Positions 53,420 to 64,000 of a DNA stretch of 64,000 nucleotides are shown in pieces (positions within the stretch are counted from its first letter, which is position 1; every line of letters begins with the position of its first letter). This DNA comes from Trichoplax sp. H2 (lineage: Eukaryota). The notes beneath the pieces are model-generated. The model saw only the letters and a list, made by a program, of their open reading frames with translations, ran no database searches and had not been told where the DNA came from. The stretch lies in assembly GCA_003344405.1 (NCBI GenBank), contig NOWV01000018.1, positions 62,001-126,000 on the forward strand, read 5' to 3'. The position numbers and the translations under genes were made by a program.

Positions 53420-55101
53420 TTAATTACTATTAATTGGAGAAGCAATTTTACATTTTGTTAAAGGTATTGCCTTGGAAGTATAGCAATTATCACAAATCCA
53501 TTCGGCATTCTCTTCACTAGTTAAGTAGCCGTACGCAGACTGACTTAGGCCAGTGCAAGCGCGGTGAAACCAAACATCACAGCCACTCTCGCATAAAATA
53601 GCATCATCGTTATCATTGACTTCTTTGCCGCATGCCCCACATGGATAAGACGGTTCGTCAGGCTCCTAATTAATACGTATCAATACGTATTTTAATTCAA
53701 GATGTACTAACATAAAAGTTTTTGTTTTCGAAAGTGGTAGCTGACGACAGCCTTATTAGAAATAGAAAGAATAAGGCAAATACCTGCTGAGGCGGTGATT
53801 CAAGTAGTTTATCTTGCTTACGGTTTTGCTTTTTGCTCCGCTTATTACTTTGATTTCCTGTAGATAGAAAAGTTTATTACGGAGTTGCTGATTTAGTTCT
53901 GTACAGTAGTATGATAAGCTTCTGAGTTACACTTCTGAGAGGTACTATTGTATCTCCTACAGTACAAGGAGATTGTTGTTGTTATTAATAGTTTAGCTCG
54001 AACAATTTTTGCATGCCATAAATACACAATTGGTGTTACATTACTGTGCTGTATCTACAGTACATGTCGATACTCGTGTAAATGAAGTTGAGGTATTGAT
54101 CAATTTTGGCATTTACTGCAGTTGATCTGTCTTAAATTGAGAATTTAAAAAATTTTCACCTTTGAATGTATCTAGTACTGTAAATTAGCGGTAAAAATAT
54201 TTACAAATGCTCTAAGAATTACGAAAGAGGCATTTATCTACATAAGCAAAGTTGATACTTGGTACTTTTAAACAAGAGCAACTTGTGTCCAAAATTCTGA
54301 CGCATAAGCGCAGTCAAATACAGTATATGTACATCATTGATGGTAAATCGATGTCATGTTCAGTAAAAATTTATTTGTCTAGAAAGGATAATTGTATAGT
54401 TTTCATCGTTTCTTAGCGCACAGTAGATTTTACGCCATACAGATCGAAATTACGAATGTAAAACATTAATAATTGGAACGATTTCGAATTCATTCATATG
54501 CTGTGCTGGGTCGTCTGAACGTTCGTACTGCCATCATGTTTGCTATTTACCATGTTGCAATACTGTACAGAAAAGTTGCCCCATTTTCAAACGTAGGACG
54601 CAAAACTACTCGTTAGTCAATTAAAACTGACAAACAGACTTGATTGAGCACTGTTATCGTGTTTCGATCTTACGCGTTTTTACGGTGAGTTACTGTAACG
54701 GTATAAATTGATTTACCATCTCGAGTCCTATTTTAAAGGCTAGACCAAGATGAATCATTAGACTATCTTTACACAAGGCTATGGCTAAGTGTTAATCGTC
54801 TAAAGCCTTTTACGAATACGATATACACTACTAATGGACTAGTTTGCTGTAATTCTATCATAATAGATAATAGGCTTCAATCACTTCAATGAAGGTATTA
54901 CTATTCAGTTTAATCAATTTTCATTATGGTAAACTGTAAATTTAATGTCACCACGCTATTTCTGAAAATGATCAATCAATCTAGACATAGAGAGATTAAC
55001 AAGCATTATGCGCTGGAAACATTCCAGAGGGCCACTACAGTATCGAAAAGTGTTGACTTACGAGTGCTTTGATTTTGTGAACGCGTTCCTTCTCTAGGCA
55101 T
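53420..55101 (-). CDS. PYGO: Pygopus-like PHD-finger protein, about 120 aa, 3 exons (55101-55062, ~53857-53784, ~53665-53420)
   Basis: Exon 3 encodes YPCGACGKEVNDNDDAILCESGCDVWFHRACTGLSQSAYGYLTSEENAEWICDNC, the Pygopus PHD with its EVND signature. Exon 2 has a basic NLS-like KRSKKQNRK. Exon 1 (MPREGTRSQNQST, phase 1) is frame-compatible. The PHD call is firm; exon 1 is less certain. Confidence 0.88.
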
Positions 55102-55478
55102 CTCGATTAGGTGTTCAATAAATAAGATAAAAAGAGAGATTCCACTTACTATTGCCAATATTAAAAGGATGTCGAATAGTAGACACAAGAGTAATGTAAA
55201 AAGAAAGTCTTGCAACTCTTTCAGGCTTTGTCTACTGGCATCACTTTGTCAACTTTCGCATTTGTTGCTTAACACAGTCAAGTGGAGTGAATGCGCCTGT
55301 GCAGTGTGTCATGATGCAAAGCACGGACGTTGGGATGGAAGTACACTGGTTGTAGAGTACAAGTACTGTACTCTACCGTACCGTACGATCAGATCGGGCG
55401 AGATCCGGAATCCGGATGTACGGATGTATCTCACAGATTTCTATCTTCATCCAGATTATCACATTCAACCCTACCTAA
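55102..55478. promoter_or_regulatory. Bidirectional promoter between Pygopus and FOCAD
   Basis: Divergent ATGs 377 bp apart. Locally GC/CpG-rich core (55290-55425) with tactgtactctaccgtaccgtacg and the near-palindrome atccggaatccggat. Confidence 0.65.
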
Positions 55479-58400
55479 ATGGATACCTATGCATTGCAGA
55501 AAGTGAAATTGCAACTGAATAATGCTAGCATTCAATGGCAGGTATATCAATCATAGATGATAATGTTTGCTCTTATAGGACGGGTATATTAAAACGATAC
55601 TGTATGCTATCCGCTTAGAATCTCTTGTTTACAATGTATGTAACTTTACTCTTTGCACATCGTTAGTAGGGCTTGAGTTGTGCAGTGTCGATACAATCGA
55701 CAAACATCTTCTTATGATTGATTGTTCAGCTGCAATTAAATGCTTCGATCGAATGTGATAGTATTATACAACATGCATATATAACTCGATATATTCAAAT
55801 TAGTAGACGACGGACGTTTTCTACACTATTACGAGTGATGACAAGCGACTCTACAGAGCTTTGTTATTGATGAATCAATGAATAATATTGTCGTTGGAGA
55901 AGTGAAGAGATGTACAATTGAACATGCTACATGGATAGTTAATGGATTCACAAAGGATATTTATATTTTGCTATATCATTTGGTAGTCAATTACGAAACA
56001 CTGTACTATAGACATGATATCAATCCGAAACCGATGATTACGTATTATGAGTAGATACAACGGCTAACCGATCTAATGTTCATATTATCGTGTATAATGG
56101 TGAATTATCCTTGAACCTGCTTGTACTATAAAAATACTGGCTAAACTATGCTAATTTTAGAAATTTATGACTATTTTACATGATTCTTGTACTGAAGTGT
56201 GGTATACGATTGCTGTAATATGCAGCTGAACAGTATCTGCTAAAATGTTTCTTCTACTATGTTATCAATCTTAATCATTTTATTTATGTGATAAATTCTT
56301 AAAACAAGGCCATAAGCGAATTATATAATAGCATTCGACAAAAACAAGATAAAATAACAACTAATACCGAAGCCAAGGTTAGTTGATACACTGTCCTTGT
56401 TTAACATTTTATGACATATCCTATTTACTAAAAATCAGCCGCACATTGCCATCATATCGTAAAATATGCCTGTATCTCATCTTGATAGTACGAAGCAATA
56501 AAATTGTTATGGGAGAATGTTAAAGCCGAAACTGATACTGCTAGATCAGCAAGTTGTTATTATATACTGAAGTTGATCGAATGTGGCCAAATGGACTACC
56601 AGTATGCAGTACAGAAAATGATCAGTTATGCTATATTCATAAAGTAAATATATCTTTCATATAAATAAATTTTTACATTTTATGATACTAGCTCCATTTC
56701 TCGCTTTATTAAACTGAGTGATATAGTGATAGACGTCGACTTACCTCATTCAAATATTAACTATTATATATGTATATATATATATATAAAAATTAACAGA
56801 ATAGAAAAAATGAATGTAAAGTATTGTACTGTCAGTACGTTTAAAAATCGAACAGAGTGCAAAGTAATATGATGTCGTTTTTATAAAAGTAAATAAATTC
56901 TGTTTTTGCAATATTACAGTTACTGCACAACAATTCGAATAAATACTTTAAATACCCTATATATTCTGTTATGAAAGGCATCCTTCAACGGCCCTGCATA
57001 CCATTTCAAAGATGCTACAACTTCATCCAATTAGCAACGTACAATTCAGTGAAGGAAGCAATTTAAACCAACTCAGGTTTGAAAAATATTTAATAAAGAT
57101 ATTACAATTTTTTTCTGGCTAAATAACAATTTCTACATGTATATTAAATTTTATTTTATATAGCGTAAATATGTCGATACATTGATATATAATTCGTGTA
57201 AAATTTCTTACCTTAGATTCTCAAATCACCCTTTCATAACGCTATTAGTACAACGGGATAATTTATGGCCAATGGTCATGACAGAAATTGAGGAAATTTT
57301 ATGCTCACGTGATAAAAAGTAATCAATCATATTTTTATCGTATTGACATTATGCTTCATAATATTATTGACTTCTATAATAATCGAAAGTTTTGAATGTT
57401 ATGAGCGGCTTATGTACTCGTACGGGTACATCGAATGTAACGGACATAACGTATGATTCTACTATGATGTAAAGATAAAATCTTAATCCAAGGCAGTAAA
57501 TATAAAATAGCGTTCTATTTAAGAGAAGCACCATGATACTTACTATAGAATTTAATTTACATAGTTGTTACTAAATGATCTGTAAATAAAAAATTAGATT
57601 TTTTTGGTTAAAATTATACTTACCTATCAATGTTACCTGGGTAAAAAATATTTTCAATTTTCCAATTAATAATGAGTTCAATCTAAAAATACTTCACTAT
57701 AGGATCGCCCAAGATGCATTGGAGTTATTGCAACCTGTCCTAATCTATGTAATAATCAAGCCTGCACTAACACCAAACTTACAGTTAATGAAGCAAAGAT
57801 TACAGAACCTACTCATCCATGAAGTCATGCGTCACAAAAGTAGAGGAGACTTACTAAATTTTCTGTTAAAATTGCCGCCGATAATGCTATCTTACCGTGT
57901 AAGTTTAATCTTTCTAATAATAAATATTTTACCTTACAAGTAATCGATTTCATCTCATTTTTACTGAATTCATATAGTTTGAAAATGATGATTCACTTTA
58001 TGATGCCGCTACATTTTGTTGTTACCTTGCTGACTGTACCCTTTGTTTGCCACGCCTGAATGGTATAAAAATTTTTTACCCTAATTATTATAGTACTGCA
58101 ATAGTAAAAATTACAGGAGAAATAGCGACGATTTCGTATATCAAGATTATTCCGTGAATATTTCTTATTATTCTTTCAAATAATATAAAATACTTATTTT
58201 TTCGTTTAGTAAATAGTTTACTGATGGTAAGGCGATACCTGATGGCAATTTCCTCCGAATTTATACAAAGGCATCATTATAACATCTCGGCCTACATCGA
58301 TTTGCTGTTAAAGATTGCCTTAAAATCACCCGAGGTATCTATATCTATAAGTACTATTGGTATCTATAATAAGTTACAGTATTAGACTTAAGAAAAGACA

Positions 58401-61400
58401 TGGCTCCAACTTCGTATCGATTCAATCACTCTTTTTGATGATGTGTAGTCATCATGAAATATAAAATTGAATGATTGGCTCTCTTATATATTATCTGCGA
58501 ATGTTTTAATTCTTGTAATATATCTATCAGGTTTTTACAAATATGGCATCCATTTCATTTATTAGTTGGCTCCTACTAGAAGTACCAGTTGATTATTGTC
58601 TATCCGCTTTACGAATAGGTTGTATAAAGCATTAGATATTACATTATATCTCAAATTTCTTCGAAATAAATTCTAAATTTTAATTCATCATTACTACTTT
58701 ACTACCAACACACAATGTAGCTGATATCATCACTCGTTCGGCCAAACAGCACCATCCTTCATTAATGCCATGTTTGGACATATTTGTGTTGCCATTGGTC
58801 AACCTTTTATCTTTACCATCGCATGACGATCAAAGTTTTATCTTCGACCACGTAACGGACATTAAGCAGTTATCATATCAGCTACTAGATACAATAAGCA
58901 ATATTTGTATAAATACTTCTTATGAGATGTTAACTAGTACAGAAATGACTGAAGATGAATATAAAGATAATGAGAATGAGGTAATAATGGTCTATCACTC
59001 GTTACGAGAATCGTACACTTTGAGATCCTGACCGTTTATAGCATTCTTGAAGTTTTATAATACTTTACTGTTCAACAGGATGAAAATTTTTCCTCCATTA
59101 CGATGGGAAACTTGCCTACATTTTTCTGTTTTAGTAGGAATATTGAGATAATCAAAAGGTGAATATCTACCCTTCTTACTAATGTATATTAATATTATAC
59201 TGTAATATTAATCTTGACTCTCTCCGTTTGTTAACTAATAGGTCATCAATTGCTTCTGTGGCCTGGCTTGATTCAGTGGACAAAGTTTCTCATGATATCT
59301 TATCTAAACTTTGTACAATTGTCATAGGATCATTCCTATTTAATCCTCAAGAGATAGTAATCTCTGCCGCTATAAATGCTACCACTAGACATTGCCGAAA
59401 TTGTCCAGATCAGGTCAGTGTTCTTGGCTATTCCTATTTTATAGATATTGTCTGGTATTATTACTTGATATATGATATTCAAACCGTTGATTCTCACTGC
59501 AACTTCACGATCTTGGAAATTACAGGTCCTTTATTTCCTTTCCGCAATGCTTTACAAAATCAATAGCGACTGCATGCCCGCTACACGTCTTAACATACTA
59601 TATTGTATTCCAAAATTAGCCACACACAAAGTTTGCTTACAATTGCTTATGTTGCTTCTTTATAATCAGGTCTATAACTCGTTGATATTTTTTAACCTTT
59701 TTTCTTACTTTCTATTTCCTAAGGTTAATACAGGACCTGTATTGACAGTTCTTACTATAATGGCAACGAATAATGACTTGAAAGCTATCGGAATACGCTT
59801 ACTGACAGAGTTATGGCTACAAGAAGTATAACTAATATGCGTATTTCGCAAACCATGAAACTTAACTTTATATCATTATTCTATCTGAAAATGTAATTCA
59901 GAGAATTTTTTAAATTTAGGAGCGAATCTTTCCAAATTTATTAGATATACTTGAAAGATGTAATTATAACAAACATGAACAGGATGACTACCAAATTGCT
60001 TGTTCATTATCTATTCGAGAAATATGCAAAATCAGGTTCTCCAATTTTCTGTTGGAACTTTTACTTACGGACCGATATTGCCCATGTTTAATTGAGTACA
60101 CTCATAACTGATTACCTATTGTCAATAGGCCGAATACCTATGGCAAAGATACTCTACCATTAGTGGCTAAAATATTGGCTCCGTCCAATGGTGAAGTAAA
60201 TATTATCAGTAAAGCAGCGGCACTGGAAGGGTTGTATTATCTATGTGAAGCTAAGGTTAGCTTTGATAGAAAACAATATTTCTTACTTTCCTAAATTAGT
60301 CTTTTTAAGGTGTAATCATAATATGTTATATAATTAGAAAGCTAAATACGATATAACTAGAAATTAGGCAATGCAGATCATTTTATAAATTACGGACAAT
60401 ACTTCTGAGTAGGTCGTGGACCTAGTTACCATCTGGAATGTTTTCGTTGTCCATTTATCTGGCGATCACCGGTTAGAAGTCGTCCTGTGATCTCATTAGT
60501 GATTATAAAAAATAATATTGTATGATGTGCGGACAAGACAGTAACAAGATTATATTATTTAGAACACCCGTCGCTACTCGAATGTGTAATTTATTGTCGT
60601 TACTTCCAAGACTAACATATATTCAAAAAAGTGCCAAATATGAGGTAATGGCAGATACTACAGTGATGTACAATTACTTTCCACCAGTATTAAGTACAAT
60701 ATTGATAGATACATTTCATTTGCTATGTCTTGACGCGTTTTCGCTTGGATATCCGACTATTGCGAAAATTATAGGAATTTAACAATCAAGCATTACAGAA
60801 ATTATGGCATTACACATTATTTAAGGTTAGGCGTTAATAGATTGGATTCATATTTAATTATGTACTTTTTAAAATTCATGAAGTTTGCCATACTTACAGG
60901 AAAAAGAGATAAGACTCGCAGCATTTACGGCATTGGCAGAATTTTCACTAACACAAATGAATATCACTTGCTTGCCGACCATTTTGAAAGAAATTTTGAA
61001 AAGAAGTTCAAAAGACCATAGTTTGGAGAGTGATGAGACGAACACTAATCAGTTATTATCTGGCCAAGATATCTGTAACCTCATTCTTTATTACCCTAAT
61101 GATTGTTTGCCAGGTATTCATCGTGATGAAGTAATGTAGCCAATTCTTTTTCTCACATTATGGCGTAGCTTATCAGGGAGTTCTCTATAATGTCATAGGT
61201 ATTGAACCTTGGATCACTCAATTGATAAAAGAGGATTTAGAATCGCTATGTCATGCTGATATCTATAAGGCAAACCGCAAATCTGAGCAGGGTGACGCTA
61301 ACTCAATTTACGAATCAATATCAGTAAAATTATGGAAGGCCTATCAGGCTTGTAACAATCAAACGATGTTATCCAATCTAGCAGGTAAGTAATGCTCCTC

Positions 61401-64000
61401 TAAAAGATTTTACTGGAGGTATCGCTACAGATTGTTCTTTCTTCTATTTAATAATTAGTTGTTGATTGCTTAGATTTAATAACGATTCCAAATGTTAATT
61501 ACACATATTGCAAGACTAACTTTATTTTTTACATTGGCAACACTTTGATCACTTAGGAGGTCTACTATTCGCATATGATCCACGAATTAATTACGATTCT
61601 GTAGATGATGAAAAAAACTGTCATTATTATCTTAGTATGCTAGAGAGCGCATTGTTTGAGGTACTATCGACTGTAATTTCTTATTTAAGTTAAAATTATA
61701 GACAACATTATATTCAATATTAACATTGTCTACTTTGGCATCTTTGTTAGATCACATTCGATCCAACAGACTGGTACGCTATTATTCATTTACTAATGGC
61801 TTGGAGTGATTTTATGAATCGCGTGATGCAAGCTTGTATTGAGGTATGTGTAGTTGTGCTGATAATAAATTTATAAACACAATCAGAAGGAATGCTTATA
61901 TTCTAAGAAACGTAATTTGAATACTGCTAGCACTTTCATGTGAAATAATTCGTTAGCGTAAAATCAATAAGTAATAATGATCTGACCCACATTTGTATGC
62001 TAATTAGTACCATAAATCTCAAATACTGATGCGCTCTACTAGTGGAGATGCACAAAACGAATTAAAGGATGAAACGGAAGAAACATTGTTTAGGTGCTGT
62101 TTAGAAATCTAATAATAATCGTCCTTATGTTAGAATTTACATTCAGTATCGATATGTTCTTATATTTCTTATAGAACTACTGTGTTAAGATCTTATCTGT
62201 TTTATATATATTCTAATGCTTTGCTTCAGAGTTCGAGAAGACATTGTCAAGCGATTGAATGCGGCATTTAAGTTAGTAATGAGCAAAATCACTTTTTCGA
62301 GTCATACGTGAACGTATTTTAGCTAATTACGGTAATGTAGGTAACATAGTAATACTATCCCTCTGCCCCACATTAACGAAATGTATTATAATAGAAATAT
62401 CAGCAAAATCCAAGCCAATGTAATATTGGCCCTGGGTGGTCTAGCTGTGGCTCTCTTAAATCATATCGAATCAAGTGAAAGTGATCGGACGAATCATCTT
62501 GAATGGTTGATAGCATTAGCTGATCAACTTTTAGATATATATAAAGGGCAAACCACCTCAAAAATTAGTAGTAACTTAATTTTAGAGGTATTCTAGTAAA
62601 TTAAATTTTAAAACTACATTCAATTCATTTTATTAACGGCAAAACTGTGTTTAATATGAGTTATGATAATATGTTTGAATTATTAAGAATTACTCTTCCG
62701 TGATGTCACCAGTCGTTCGAGGGTGTGCTGCTCTTTCACTTTCTCAGCTGATAGCACATTTAGCAGAAATCGAATCAGAAAAATCACAGCTTGTTATGTA
62801 TGCTTTAACAGAAGAATTTGCAACTACCAATAGGTGAGATACGACGTGAGAAGAATAAGCTAACAGTAAAATTTACATAACCGCTCAAAAACTTTTATGA
62901 AGTTGATTAAACTACAGTTATCTAGAATTCTGTATTGAAATGCATGTTAGAGAAACTTTCTATGTCATTAATATATTGGCTCTTTTTAACCTATAGGGAT
63001 AACAGTTCTCCATTTCTGCTTCTATCGAATACTGCATTAGGGTGTCTGATAAACAAATTACTATCAGCTCCTAGTAGGTAAGTTTTCGCAATCTCCTTTA
63101 TAAAATAGATTGTGACAAAGATGACTTGCAATAACTTTTTTTATCCCGATTTAAATTTAGTGTGACCGCAAATCCAAAAGTAAGTAGTAATATTTCTTTA
63201 TTTAAGTTAAGGAATTGCTTTATTTATCGTAACTAGCACCGGCTTTCAGTGATAGTGACTGAATAACCATACTATTTTTGATAACCTAGTTGCATATCAA
63301 CATATCCATAGCCATAAAATCGCTACAGGATGCTGTGTGTGATGATACCTTTAAATTCAAGTAAGTCAGTAGCTTATTTTGATATCTTTGATGTTATTTG
63401 GTGTGTTTAGCGTATATCTTATATCATAATTATTCACAATATGTCTGAAGAAATGAAGCTGCTTGCAGCTTAGCTGTTGCTGTCGCTAAATTTTCACGAC
63501 ATGAAGACAATTTTAAATCCGTATCGGAGATTAAAAATATCTTAATTCAGAAGCTGAGTGAATGTAGCAACCAGTGTGATCAAAATCTTGTCCAAGTATG
63601 TATTGATAGTCGGAAACTATCTCGTTTTTGCGAAATTGATTAGTCAATAAGTGCATTATTAAAATTTTTGATCTGAAAATTATCAGAACCTCACTTATTC
63701 TCTAGCGATGATAATTTCGACAATGATACAAAATGAATGGATAAGTGCTAGCGAAATTTCACAACTAGATGATATGATTTCTAACATTATGGCTGGAACC
63801 GAGTCTATAAATCAGCGAGCTATTGGTATGCTGATGCGATCGTATCAAGTTTTGAATATTTCGGAATTAAACAATAAAAGTCTGCAAAAATTGCAAGAAT
63901 GGGGAAATATACTCAAAGGACAGGTAGACACCATAATTAGTCAGCCGTTTATCTATATATTTTATAAGGATCTCGGCATACCTTGCGTATTACAAAAATG
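55479..64000 (+). CDS. FOCAD: Focadhesin (KIAA1797) homolog, ARM/HEAT-like, many exons, truncated by window end
   Basis: MDTYALQKVKLQLNNASIQWQ/AISELY../EAIKLLWENVKAETDTARSASC../HPFITLLVQRDNLWP../ILYCIPKLATHK/VNTGPVLTVL..IRLLTELWLQE/ERIFPNL../SIREICKIRPNTYGKD../ALEGLYYLCEAK/VVDLVTIW../IQANVILALGGL. These resemble FOCAD motifs recalled from the human protein. Confidence 0.78.

Noticed and set aside
1-64000. Transposase/RT genes, tRNA, rRNA or prokaryotic defence systems
   Set aside because: No such motifs were recognised in the ORF track or by reading. Small RNA genes could have been missed without a covariance search.

Overview
AT-rich, intron-rich animal genomic DNA, with no prokaryotic features. 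The compact introns, base composition and metazoan gene set (Pygopus, CRTC, FAM81) are consistent with an early-branching animal such as a placozoan (Trichoplax-like); that assignment is inference. Eight protein-coding genes were assembled by hand from splice signals: a PIG3/TP53I3-type quinone oxidoreductase (+), an intronless FAM81-family coiled-coil gene (-), IQGAP (+), CRTC/TORC (+), UBE2Q (-), COPE (+), a very short Pygopus (-) and focadhesin (+, runs off the window end). The most unusual non-coding signal is dense arrays of self-complementary TACAG/CTGTA/GTAC micro-repeats, concentrated near gene 5' ends. Two local tandem duplications and one hairpin suggest these units are gained or lost in place. 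Also notable: a U12-type intron in CRTC, a Pygopus without its NPF motif, an IQGAP repeat expansion inside one 1.8-kb exon, and a small family of CAGGGAC...GTCCCTG hairpins. Exon coordinates are manual and may be off by a few bases.
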